Origin: an uncultured Lachnospiraceae bacterium
Lineage (GTDB): Bacteria > Bacillota > Clostridia > Lachnospirales > Lachnospiraceae
NCBI GenBank assembly: GCA_949915905.1
Contig: CATLEQ010000001.1
Span: 1 to 48,061 of the forward strand
Direction: 5' to 3'
DNA: 48,061 nt
The notes beneath the pieces were generated by a model. It did not search any database. It worked only from the letters and a program-made list of their open reading frames with translations, and was not told the DNA's origin. A program made the translations under genes and the position numbers. Positions 38,461 to 47,707 of the stretch are shown in pieces (the stretch's first letter is position 1; every line of letters starts with the position of its first letter).

Positions 38461-39840
38461 ATGAATTTTTTGAAGAAGCTATTCGCTCCGGTCGATATGA
38501 CGATAGGAAGGCCGTGGGAGGATATTTTGATTTTCACCGTGCCAATGTTGTTGGGAAATATTGCGCAGCAGCTCTATAACGCGGTGGACAGCGTGGTGGT
38601 GGGCAATTACGTGGGGGATAACGCCCTGGCCGCAGTGGGAAGTGCGGGACCGGTGATTAATTTGCTGATTGTATTGTTTGTCGGCATCAGTGTCGGGGCG
38701 AGCATCATGGTGTCACAGTATTTTGGCGCCAGGAACCGGGAAGCCTTGTCGATGACGATTGGAAATTGTATCACGATTACCGGTATTGCCAGCATAGCGA
38801 TGACCGTCGTGGGCTTAATCGTGGTGCGACCGCTTTTGATGCTTTTGAACACGCCGGCGAGCATTCTGGATTGGAGTACTTCATATTTGCAAATTATTTT
38901 GATAGGAATATTGGGGATGGGGTACTATAATATTTTGAGCGGCGTGTTGCGTGGATTGGGAGATTCCATTTCGGCATTGGCGTACTTATTGGTGGCGAGC
39001 GGACTGAACATCGTGCTGGATTTGGTATTCGTCATCTATTTTGACATGGGGGTCAATGGCGTGGCGTGGGCGACGATATTGGCGCAGGCCGTGTCGGCCG
39101 TCTTGTGTATCCGGCGATTGTCGAAGATGAAGGATTTATTTGATTTGAAAATGCATTATCTGAAAATGTCCAAAACGTATATCATGAACATAGTGCGCCT
39201 GGGCGTGCCGTCCGGCGTGACGCAGGCCATCATGTCCATGGCGATGTTGGTCGTGCAGTCGCTGACAAACAGTTTCGGAGAACAGTTCATCGCGGCGAAT
39301 GTCATCGTGATGCGTGTGGATGGTTTCGCGATGCTGCCAAATTTCTCTTTTGGAACCGCCATGACGACCTATGCCGGGCAGAATATCGGTGCGGGAGATG
39401 AAGAACGCGTGGTAAAGGGTTCGAGACAAGGCTTGATGCTGGGAGTTGGCACGTCTGTCGTCATTACGTTGGCGATTTTGATTTTCGGAAAGTACTTGAT
39501 GGCAATTTTTACGCCTACGGAGGAGTTGGTCGAGTTGAGCATGAACATGATGCGGATTTTGGCGGTGGGCTACATTGCCATAGCGGTAACGCAGTGCTTG
39601 TCCGGCGTGATGCGCGGGGCGGGCGACACGATAACGCCGATGTGGATTTCCATCGTGACGACAATTTTAATTCGCGTGCCGTTGGCATATGGCATGGTAT
39701 GGATGACCAAAAGCGAGCAGTTCCCGCAAGGGCGCAGGGAATGTATTTTTATATCCTTGCTGATTGCCTGGGTTTTGGGAGCGTTGATTACAAGCATTTT
39801 CTATAAAAGAGGAAAATGGAGAGGAAAGGCCGTGAAGTAG
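38461..39840 (+). CDS. MATE efflux transporter
   Basis: PMLLGNIAQQLYN.VD..VVG, LRGLGDS, NIVLD, GQNIGAG. Confidence 0.93.
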   Translation: MNFLKKLFAPVDMTIGRPWEDILIFTVPMLLGNIAQQLYNAVDSVVVGNYVGDNALAAVGSAGPVINLLIVLFVGISVGASIMVSQYFGARNREALSMTIGNCITITGIASIAMTVVGLIVVRPLLMLLNTPASILDWSTSYLQIILIGILGMGYYNILSGVLRGLGDSISALAYLLVASGLNIVLDLVFVIYFDMGVNGVAWATILAQAVSAVLCIRRLSKMKDLFDLKMHYLKMSKTYIMNIVRLGVPSGVTQAIMSMAMLVVQSLTNSFGEQFIAANVIVMRVDGFAMLPNFSFGTAMTTYAGQNIGAGDEERVVKGSRQGLMLGVGTSVVITLAILIFGKYLMAIFTPTEELVELSMNMMRILAVGYIAIAVTQCLSGVMRGAGDTITPMWISIVTTILIRVPLAYGMVWMTKSEQFPQGRRECIFISLLIAWVLGALITSIFYKRGKWRGKAVK

Positions 39841-39841
39841 G

Positions 39842-40477
39842 ATGACAAAAAAGCAATTGGCAAAGGAAATTATTGAACGGTTGAAAAAGGAGTATCCGGA
39901 CGCGGGATGCACGCTGGATTATGACGATGCGTGGAAGTTGTTGGTGAGCGTCCGCCTGGCGGCGCAATGTACGGACGCGCGGGTCAACGTGGTCGTAGAG
40001 GGCTTATATGAAAAGTATCCGAGTGTGGAGGCACTGGCAGCGGCTGACGTGGAGACAATAGAGGCCATCGTGCGTCCGTGCGGCCTGGGAAGGAGCAAGG
40101 CGCGCGATATCAGTGGATGTATGAAAATGCTCATGGAAAAATATGGCGGAAAGGTGCCGGATGATTTTGACGAGCTTTTAAAGCTCCCGGGGGTGGGGCG
40201 CAAGAGCGCGAACCTGATTATGGGGGACGTGTTCGGCAAACCGGCCATTGTTACAGACACACACTGTATTCGCCTGACGAACCGCATGGGTCTGGTGGAT
40301 GACATCAAGGAGCCGAAAAAGGTGGAGATGGCATTGTGGAAAATCATTCCGCCAAAGGAAGGCAGTGATTTTTGCCACCGTCTGGTATACCATGGGCGGG
40401 AAGTCTGTACGGCGCGGACAAAGCCGTATTGCGACCGCTGCTGTTTAAATGACATCTGTAAAAAGAGAGGATTGTAA
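39842..40477 (+). CDS. nth: Endonuclease III
   Basis: LAAQCTDARVN, LPGVGRKSAN HhH, DTHC, C-terminal 4Fe-4S Cys cluster. Confidence 0.95.
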   Translation: MTKKQLAKEIIERLKKEYPDAGCTLDYDDAWKLLVSVRLAAQCTDARVNVVVEGLYEKYPSVEALAAADVETIEAIVRPCGLGRSKARDISGCMKMLMEKYGGKVPDDFDELLKLPGVGRKSANLIMGDVFGKPAIVTDTHCIRLTNRMGLVDDIKEPKKVEMALWKIIPPKEGSDFCHRLVYHGREVCTARTKPYCDRCCLNDICKKRGL

Positions 40478-40508
40478 GAAGGCGTTAGCACATGAGCAAT
40501 CCGTGCAT

Positions 40509-40537
40509 TGAAAGCGTCAAATTTTTTGACGCTTTCA
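40509..40537. terminator. Perfect hairpin after nth (terminator or processing site)
   Basis: TGAAAGCGTCAAA-TTT-TTTGACGCTTTCA; no clear U-tract. Confidence 0.45.
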
Positions 40538-40568
40538 TCATTAAAAAATGAAAGTGGGTTTATAAGAA

Positions 40569-42011
40569 ATGCAGGAAACGGTGGAAGAATTATTTTCTTT
40601 TATAGAAGAGAGTCCGAGTGTGTTTCATGTCGTGGACAATATGCGTAAAAAGCTTGTGGAGCACGGTTACGAGCAGCTTTTGGAGAGCGAGCCGTGGGAG
40701 TTGAAAGTCGGTGGAAGGTACTTTGTGATTCGAAATGCCTCCTCCTTGATTTCGTTTCGGATTCCGAAGGCGGATTATAAAGGGTTCCAGATTATGGCCA
40801 GCCATAGTGATTCTCCGACCTTTAAAATCAAAGAAAATCCGGAGATGGGGACAGAAGGTGTTTACGTCAGGCTGAACGTGGAGCGGTACGGCGGCGCGTT
40901 GCTCGCGCCCTGGTTTGACCGGCCGTTGTCCGTCGCGGGGCGCGTGCTGGTGAGAGCGAACGTCGTGGAAGGAAGTGCCGCGCGGGATGTGGCCTTGGCG
41001 GTCAAAGATGCGGGGACGAAGTGGCCGGGCGCGACGGGCGGGGAGATCAAAGGTGCGCTGACGGGGAGCCGTATCGTCAGCAGGTTGGTCAATGTCGACC
41101 GGGACTTGCTTTTGATTCCGAGTCTGGCCATTCACATGAACCGCGAGGCCAATGACGGATATAAGTACAACGTGCAAAAGGATTTGATTCCCTTATACGG
41201 CATGGATTTGGAGAAGGGGACGTTCCTTCGGCAGATTTCATTGGCGGCAGGCGTGGACGCGGAGGATGTCGTAGGATATGACTTGTTTCTTTATAATAGG
41301 GAAAAGGGGTCTGTATGGGGCGCGCAGAAAGAATTTATTTCGATGGGAAAGCTGGATGACTTGCAGTGCGCGTTTGCCTCTTTGAAAGGATTTCTGGCAG
41401 CGGGAGAAGGCGAAAGCGTTCCCGTGCATTGCGTGTTTGACAATGAGGAGGTGGGCAGTTCTACCAGGCAGGGGGCGGCCTCGACGTTTTTGCAGGATAC
41501 GCTGGTGCGTATCAACGAAGGAATGGGACGCTCGGACGGAGAGTATCGGCGGTCACTTGCACAAAGCTTCATGTTGTCGGCGGACAACGCGCATGCCGTG
41601 CATCCGAATTATCCGGACAAGGCCTGCCCGACGAATCGCCCGAGGATAAATGGCGGCATCGTGGTGAAGTATAACGCGGAGCAAAAGTATACGACGGACG
41701 GGGTGGCGGCCGCGATTTTTAAAAGCCTTTGTGAGCGGGTAAATGTCCCATATCAGACGTTTCACAACCGTTCCGACATGCGGGGCGGCTCGACGCTTGG
41801 CAATCTATCGGGAAACCAGGTGGCCGTGAAGTGCGTCGACATCGGGTTGGCACAGCTTGCAATGCATTCCCCGTACGAGACCGCGGGAGCGGCGGATACC
41901 GATTATCTGGTGCGGGCCGCGAAGGCGTTCTATGAGACGTCGGTGGTCGAGCCGGAATACGGCGTGGTGGAATGCTCTTCTTCACGCAGTTCTTTCATTA
42001 CGACAAGATAG
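40569..42011 (+). CDS. M18-family (aspartyl) aminopeptidase
   Basis: SHSDSP, LDDL, DNEEVGS, SADNAHAVHPNY, GGSTLG, AMHS. Confidence 0.93.
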   Translation: MQETVEELFSFIEESPSVFHVVDNMRKKLVEHGYEQLLESEPWELKVGGRYFVIRNASSLISFRIPKADYKGFQIMASHSDSPTFKIKENPEMGTEGVYVRLNVERYGGALLAPWFDRPLSVAGRVLVRANVVEGSAARDVALAVKDAGTKWPGATGGEIKGALTGSRIVSRLVNVDRDLLLIPSLAIHMNREANDGYKYNVQKDLIPLYGMDLEKGTFLRQISLAAGVDAEDVVGYDLFLYNREKGSVWGAQKEFISMGKLDDLQCAFASLKGFLAAGEGESVPVHCVFDNEEVGSSTRQGAASTFLQDTLVRINEGMGRSDGEYRRSLAQSFMLSADNAHAVHPNYPDKACPTNRPRINGGIVVKYNAEQKYTTDGVAAAIFKSLCERVNVPYQTFHNRSDMRGGSTLGNLSGNQVAVKCVDIGLAQLAMHSPYETAGAADTDYLVRAAKAFYETSVVEPEYGVVECSSSRSSFITTR

Positions 42012-43339
42012 AGTGCGGTGGCGATTCCCGCCGTCAATAGGTCGGCGATGGGCTGCGCCATCTGGATGCCGGCAAGGCCGAAAATGTGAGGCAGGATTAG
42101 AAGGAGCGGAATCAGGCACAGGCCTTGTCTGGCGGAGGCGAGTATGGATGCATAGAGCGTCTTGCCGATGGTCTGCATCATCATGTTATTCATTACGGTC
42201 CAACCACTTAAAATGAATGGAATGCATAAAAGCCGCAAGGCGAAGGTGCCGATGCGAATGACTTCGGCATCGTCACGGAACAGGCCAATCAGGTGGCTGG
42301 AAAATACAAGTCCGCAAACGGCCAGCAAGGTCAGCACGACGGTTGATATTTTGACGCAGAACCAGAATGCTTCCTTTACGCGGCCGTATTTTTTTGCCCC
42401 GTAATTGAAACCGCAGACGGGTTGGAATCCTTGCCCGAAGCCAATCAGGGAGGACATGGCGAACATGGAAATACGCCCGACGATGGACATGGCCGCAATG
42501 GCCGCGTCGCCGTAAGGATTGGCGGCAATGTTAAGAATCAGCGTGCCGACGCTTCCAAGTCCCTGGCGAAACAAGGACGGCAGCCCGCCGCCGGCAATTT
42601 CGCCCAGGCGTTTTGCATTTAGCCGCACATTTTTAAGCCGGATGGGGATACAGCCGGAGCAGTGCAGGATGATAAGCAATAGGAGGAAGCTGACAAACTG
42701 GCTGATGACCGTCGCGGCGGCGGCACCGGCGATTCCCATGTTCAATCCGAAGATGAGAATCGGGTCAAGCACGATGTTTAGTACCGCGCCAATCGTGATG
42801 CCAATCATGGAAAAAAGAGCGTTTCCCTGGAAACGGATCTGGTTGTTCAATACGAATTGGGCACATGTAAACGGCGCGCCGAGCAGAATGATTCGCAGGT
42901 AGTCCCTGGTGTAGGGCAAAATGGTGGCCGTGGAGCCGAGCACCATGGAAAGCGGCGTGAGACATAAAAGTCCAAACGCCGTGACCAAAAGTCCCAAAAA
43001 CAGCGCGGCAAAAAATCCGGTCGCGGCCAGTTCGCCGGCCTCGTCGGTCTGCTTGGCACCAAGCCTGCGCGAAATGGAGTTGCCGGAGCCATGTCCGCAA
43101 AAGAACCCCAGCGCCTGGATGACGGTCATCACCGGAAATACCACGCCGACCGCCGCGGTGGCACTCGTGCCGATACGTCCGACAAAAAAGGTGTCGGCCA
43201 TATTATAGAAAGACGTGATTAGCATGCTGATAATCGTTGGTATGGCAAGGCGGACAACAAGCCCCGGGACGGGGGCTTGTGTCATCATCTGGAACTTGTC
43301 GACTGCGGCGTTTTCCGTTTCGTGTGCGTGGTTTTTCAA
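41930..43339 (-). CDS. MATE efflux transporter
   Basis: PTIISMLITSFYNMADTFFVG, NIVLDPILIF, GFQPVCGFNYGA. Confidence 0.93.
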   Translation of the reverse strand: MKNHAHETENAAVDKFQMMTQAPVPGLVVRLAIPTIISMLITSFYNMADTFFVGRIGTSATAAVGVVFPVMTVIQALGFFCGHGSGNSISRRLGAKQTDEAGELAATGFFAALFLGLLVTAFGLLCLTPLSMVLGSTATILPYTRDYLRIILLGAPFTCAQFVLNNQIRFQGNALFSMIGITIGAVLNIVLDPILIFGLNMGIAGAAAATVISQFVSFLLLLIILHCSGCIPIRLKNVRLNAKRLGEIAGGGLPSLFRQGLGSVGTLILNIAANPYGDAAIAAMSIVGRISMFAMSSLIGFGQGFQPVCGFNYGAKKYGRVKEAFWFCVKISTVVLTLLAVCGLVFSSHLIGLFRDDAEVIRIGTFALRLLCIPFILSGWTVMNNMMMQTIGKTLYASILASARQGLCLIPLLLILPHIFGLAGIQMAQPIADLLTAGIATALYLVVMKELREEEHSTTPYSGSTTDVS

Positions 43340-43355
43340 AATTATGACTTCCTTT

Positions 43356-44021
43356 CTATATATAAGAACCGGTACCTTGTGGGAAAGTCCAGATATTTAG
43401 TACTAATTTTACGATTGCCCACATGCCGTTCATTACCGTGGAGTTTACCAGATTTAAAGGGACACTTAAAATTCCCGTATATAGGCATATAAATAATAGC
43501 AGCATTGCATATTGCCGTATCCTTTGATAAAAGTACTTGACCTTTGGAAACAGTTCCTGCAAGACGTTCGAGCCGTCCAGCGGGGGAATCGGAATCAAAT
43601 TGAAAGTCCCCAGCCCCACGTTGATAACCGCCACATAGTAAAACCAGATGCTTAATCCGCTGCCTATTTTGTAAAAAAGTCCATATAGCAACATGCCGGC
43701 AAACGCCAGCATATAATTCATTACCGGTCCCGCCAGGGATACGAGAATCGTCCCCTTCTTTTTGTCCTTATAATAGGAGGTATTAATCCGCACCGGCTTT
43801 GCCCAGCCCATACGGAAGAGCACCAGGCATATGGTTCCCCAGAGGTCAAAGTGGGTCAACGGGTTCAGCGTCAGCCGCCCTTCCATCTTCGGCGTGGGGT
43901 CGCCTAACTTGTAAGAGACATAGGCGTGGGCAAATTCGTGGAAGGAAATTGCCAGAAGGATTGCCGGCACCGTATAAATGATGGTTGTCAAAGAGTCCAA
44001 TGAAAATAAATAATGTGACAT
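43356..44021 (-). CDS. Site-2 protease (M50)
   Basis: HEFAH, LAGP, FNLIPIPPLDG; ATG at 44021 after GAGGAG. Confidence 0.92.
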   Translation of the reverse strand: MSHYLFSLDSLTTIIYTVPAILLAISFHEFAHAYVSYKLGDPTPKMEGRLTLNPLTHFDLWGTICLVLFRMGWAKPVRINTSYYKDKKKGTILVSLAGPVMNYMLAFAGMLLYGLFYKIGSGLSIWFYYVAVINVGLGTFNLIPIPPLDGSNVLQELFPKVKYFYQRIRQYAMLLLFICLYTGILSVPLNLVNSTVMNGMWAIVKLVLNIWTFPQGTGSYI

Positions 44022-44054
44022 CTTTCTCCTCCTCGTAATGAAAAATGATTTGAT

Positions 44055-44140
44055 TATACTCATGGCAGATTTTATCTGCCGTGAGTATCGCGCCAGCCGC
44101 AGCCGCAAAGCGGCATGTTTCCGCGTGCGGCTGTGCGCAT
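44055..44140 (-). repeat. Dispersed hairpin repeat family B, copy 2
   Basis: Inverted copy of 29010-29095; adjoined by a perfect 23-bp hairpin at 44139-44190. Confidence 0.9.
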
Positions 44141-44377
44141 AATGTTATACGTAAGCGGCAGTTAAATCTGCCGCTTACGTATAACATTATACGACTTGTA
44201 CAAGGTAAAAGCAAGATAAAAGCATCGGATTAAGTGATTGACCATGAAGGCCGAACATGGTAAAATGCTTTTGTGTGACGAGCGCGCAGTGCCTGGACGT
44301 ATCTGTTTGGCTGGTCGCATGATGGTTGATATAAGGTAATACATAACAAATTTTTATATCAAGGAGGAGTGACAAAA

Positions 44378-45075
44378 ATGAAATGTACGGCATGTGGAGC
44401 AGAGTTGGCAGAAGGCACGAAGTTTTGTACGCAGTGCGGACACACGGTAGAAGGGGCGAGTGAGTTTGACCAGGGAGCGGGCTATGGCCAGAATGCAGGC
44501 TATCAGCAGGGAGCGGGCTACGGTCAGAATGCAGGCTATCAACAGGGAGCGGGCTACGGCCAGGACGCGGGCTATCAGCAGGGAGCGGGCTACGATCAGA
44601 ATGCGAACTACCAGCAGGGAACCGGCTATAACTATGGTGCGGGAGCGGGCTATGGTTACAACCAGGGCGCGGAATATAATCCGGGAGTTCCCAGCGGGCC
44701 GATGACGAAAAAGGAATTTTATAAGCTGCCCGGCGTGAAGAGTTGCAGGACGAACATCCGGACATGTGCGATTCTTGCTTATGTGTGTTCCGGAGTTACC
44801 ATTTTAGCGTCGTTGCTTCTTTCCGATTATCTTGCATCTTCTATATTGGATGGGCTATTGTTACTGGGCTTGGGACTGGGATTGCAGCTTGCCAGGAGCC
44901 GGGTATGTGCAATTATTTTGCAGGATATGGTATTCTTAATATGATAATCGGGTTGCTGGCAAATGGAACGATACAAGGGTGGTTGATTCCAGTGATCGGG
45001 ATTTATGCCATCATCTATACGTTCAAGTATCAAAAGATGTGGGATCGGTATATCAAGGAAGGCGTACTTCCTTAA
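44378..45075 (+). pseudogene. Zinc-ribbon, Gly/Gln/Tyr-repeat membrane protein, frameshifted near 44916-44920
   Basis: CxxC..CxxC N-terminus; TM region RVCAII continues in another frame as AGYGILNMIIG...WDRYIKEGVLP; adding one base restores a single ORF. Confidence 0.75.
44471..44614 (+). repeat. Coding tandem repeat, 4 x 36 nt (QGAGYGQNAGYQ)
   Basis: Units start CAGGGAGCGGGCTA every 36 nt, with an internal 18-nt periodicity. Confidence 0.95.
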
Positions 45076-45084
45076 AGGGTTTGG

Positions 45085-45158
45085 AGGCGCACAAAGATGT
45101 ATTTTGTCAGCATGGCTGACTTGTGCGCCGCCGCAAGAACGCCGGTGGCGTTCTTGAA
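45085..45158 (+). repeat. Dispersed hairpin repeat family A, copy 2
   Basis: 72/74 identical to 19366-19439. Confidence 0.92.
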
Positions 45159-45220
45159 TCTTATAGTTGTGATTCCCAATGTAGGTGGAATGCAAGGATG
45201 ATGCATAAGGAGGTTGTAGT

Positions 45221-46630
45221 ATGGGTGGTTTCTTTGGGGTGGCATCAAAGAAGAATTGTACGTTGGAATTGTTTTACGGGGTGGATTACCATTCCCATTT
45301 AGGGACAAGGCGCGGCGGCATGGCGATGTATGGGCAGCAGGGATTTCAGAGGGCAATCCATAATATCGAAAATTCTCCATTTCGAACGAAGTTTGAGAAG
45401 GACGTGGAGGAGTTGGAGGGACATTTGGGAATCGGCTGCATTTCGGATTATGAGCCGCAGCCACTTTTGATCCAGTCCCACCTGGGAAGTTTCGCAATCA
45501 CGACGGTCGGCAAGATTAACAACTTGGACGAGCTGCGGGAAAAGGTATATGACGAGGGACGTTCCCATTTTCAGGAGATGAGCGGGGGACAGATTAACGC
45601 GACCGAACTCGTGGCGGCGCTGATTTGCAAGTCCGATTCCATCATAAATGGCATTCGATACGTGCAGGGACTGGTGGACGGTTCCATGACCGTGCTGGTG
45701 ATGACCAAGGACGGTATTTATGCGGCGAGGGACAAGTACGGACGTACCCCGGTGGTGCTTGGAAAGCGTGAGGACGGATATTGTGTGGCGTTTGAAAGCT
45801 TTTCCTATTTGAACCTAGGGTATGAATCGTACAAAGAGCTAGGTCCTGCGGAGATTGACTTTATCACTGCCGACGGCGTGGAAATGCTGAGCCCGCCGGG
45901 GGACGAGATGAAAATCTGTTCCTTCCTATGGGTGTATTACGGGTATCCGACGGCTTGTTATGAAGGCGTGAACGTCGAGGAGATGCGTTATAAATGCGGA
46001 AGCATGTTGGCAAAGCGTGACGGGGACAGCGTGAAGCCGGACATCGTGGCCGGCGTGCCGGATTCCGGGATTGCCCATGCCATCGGCTATGCCAATGAGT
46101 CGGGCATTCCCTATGCGAGGCCGTTCATTAAATATACGCCGACATGGCCGCGTTCCTTCATGCCGACCAGCCAGAGCCAGCGCGACCTGATTGCCCGGAT
46201 GAAGCTGATACCCGTGCAGGCCTTGATCGAGGACAAGAAATTGCTGTTGATTGATGATTCCATCGTGCGCGGCACCCAGCTTCGGGAGACGACGGAGTTT
46301 TTGTACCAGAGCGGTGCAAAGGAAGTGCATGTGCGTCCGGCGTGCCCGCCGCTCTTGTTTGGTTGTAAATATTTGAACTTCTCGCGTTCCAAGTCGGATT
46401 TGGATTTGATTACGAGACGAATTATTGCGGAATGGGAACCGGAGGTGACACAAGAGGTTTTGGAGGAATATGCGAATCCGGCCAGTGAAAAGTATGAAAA
46501 GCTGGTGGAGGAGATTCGCAAACGCCAGAACTTCACGACATTGCGGTTCCACCGGCTTGACGACATGCTGGAGGCCATCGGGCTGGAGCCCTGCAAGGTG
46601 TGCACGTACTGCTTTAACGGGAAAAAATAA
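45221..46630 (+). CDS. purF: Amidophosphoribosyltransferase (MGGFFG type)
   Basis: GVPDSG, PRPP-binding IDDSIVRGTQL, Fe-S Cys (ICSF, GCKY, CTYC); AAGGAGG RBS. Confidence 0.9.
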   Translation: MGGFFGVASKKNCTLELFYGVDYHSHLGTRRGGMAMYGQQGFQRAIHNIENSPFRTKFEKDVEELEGHLGIGCISDYEPQPLLIQSHLGSFAITTVGKINNLDELREKVYDEGRSHFQEMSGGQINATELVAALICKSDSIINGIRYVQGLVDGSMTVLVMTKDGIYAARDKYGRTPVVLGKREDGYCVAFESFSYLNLGYESYKELGPAEIDFITADGVEMLSPPGDEMKICSFLWVYYGYPTACYEGVNVEEMRYKCGSMLAKRDGDSVKPDIVAGVPDSGIAHAIGYANESGIPYARPFIKYTPTWPRSFMPTSQSQRDLIARMKLIPVQALIEDKKLLLIDDSIVRGTQLRETTEFLYQSGAKEVHVRPACPPLLFGCKYLNFSRSKSDLDLITRRIIAEWEPEVTQEVLEEYANPASEKYEKLVEEIRKRQNFTTLRFHRLDDMLEAIGLEPCKVCTYCFNGKK

Positions 46631-46642
46631 GGGGCAATCACG

Positions 46643-47164
46643 ATGGGGAAAGTTGATATTATAAAAGATGCGGATGAGAAAAGCATCGTTGTCATCAATG
46701 ATTTACGTTTTAAGGGAAGAAGAAGCGTGGATTGGAGCATTGTCGAGGATTGTCTGAAAGAATACATCGGGGAGTGCGCAGAGATTACGGAAACATCGGA
46801 TGTGGTATATATAGGTGCGGATTTTCCAGACGAGTTTGCACATTCCAAAGACACAAAGGCGTTGCGGGGGGCCAATATGTATGCAAAGGCAAATTCTTCA
46901 AGCGTTATTAAGGAAATGATTGAAATTGCCACGAATAAAACTTTTTCAGCGAATTATGCACAAAAACATAATACGGATGCAAAGTTCGGTTGGTATAGGT
47001 ATGATACGCGCTTCGCGCTTCCCATTTACGATGATGATGGGGAATTGGTTCGATATAATGTTTTTAAAGCGAGAGTATTGGTGCGTCATGCGCGGGATGG
47101 GAAACTGTATCTGTATGATGTTTTAAGGACAAAAAAAGAAACGAGCAAGCCGCTTAGGCAATAG
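46643..47164 (+). CDS. Hypothetical protein, possibly related to phage polyvalent-protein (LPD3-like) domains
   Basis: Clean 173-aa ORF; WYRYDTRFALP and GKLYLYDV..KKE motifs; family call from recollection only. Confidence 0.55.
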   Translation: MGKVDIIKDADEKSIVVINDLRFKGRRSVDWSIVEDCLKEYIGECAEITETSDVVYIGADFPDEFAHSKDTKALRGANMYAKANSSSVIKEMIEIATNKTFSANYAQKHNTDAKFGWYRYDTRFALPIYDDDGELVRYNVFKARVLVRHARDGKLYLYDVLRTKKETSKPLRQ

Positions 47165-47200
47165 CCGTACGGTCGAAAAACTCATTTCTTTATAATCCCT

Positions 47201-47229
47201 ATTCTAAAGGCATATGGAGGTTTTGTCAA
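47201..47229 (-). promoter_or_regulatory. Antisense sigmaA promoter aimed into the 3' end of 46643-47164
   Basis: Minus strand TTGACA (47229-47224)-17 nt-TAGAAT (47206-47201). Confidence 0.6.
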
Positions 47230-47312
47230 GTATAAACTTTAAGTGCTTAAATAAAAAAACTACTTGCTTTTTGGCACGAAAGGTGGTAGAATAGCATTCG
47301 TGTCAAGGGCAT

Positions 47313-47383
47313 GCGGGTGTGGTTCAATGGTAGAACACCAGCCTTCCAAGCTGGATACGTGGGTTCGATTCCCATCACCCGCT
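47313..47383 (+). tRNA. tRNA-Gly (anticodon TCC), CCA not encoded
   Basis: Cloverleaf: GCGGGTG/CACCCGC acceptor stem, GTTC/GAAC D-stem, CCAGC-CTTCCAA-GCTGG, TTCGATT T-loop. Confidence 0.97.
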
Positions 47384-47389
47384 TTATAT

Positions 47390-47431
47390 GAAAAACATCG
47401 GATATCGGAGTGGTCGATTTCCGATGTTTTC
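47390..47431 (+). terminator. Terminator after tRNA-Gly
   Basis: AAAACATCGG...CCGATGTTTT stem. Confidence 0.7.
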
Positions 47432-47563
47432 TTGCTTTATAGGGAACTTCGTTCCCTATAAAGCAAGACCCTCCGGGGGATGCGCACTTCGCGCCTAAGG
47501 AAAATGGCTGCTGACGCAGCCGCGCTCCGGCGCGAGAGTCCGGCAGGCCGGACTCTTTGTTCT
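47427..47563 (+). repeat. Dispersed multi-hairpin repeat family C, copy 2
   Basis: Near-identical to 29550-29687. Confidence 0.92.
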
Positions 47564-47707
47564 GGATATATCTTGTGACGTGAGAGCAAGAATTCGTAGT
47601 TTTTGAGCAAGGCAAAAAATTGTCAAACGATGAAGCGCGGATTAAAATAGAGTTGTACAGTAGAAATGACTATTGCAATAGTTCCAAGTCAAAAAAGAGG
47701 AATCAGA

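Noticed and set aside
44471-44614. 36-nt periodic repeat as a CRISPR array
   Set aside because: No unique spacers; in-frame coding repeat with mostly synonymous variation; no cas genes
46643-47563. Integrated element at tRNA-Gly
   Set aside because: No integrase and no duplicated tRNA 3' end seen in the window
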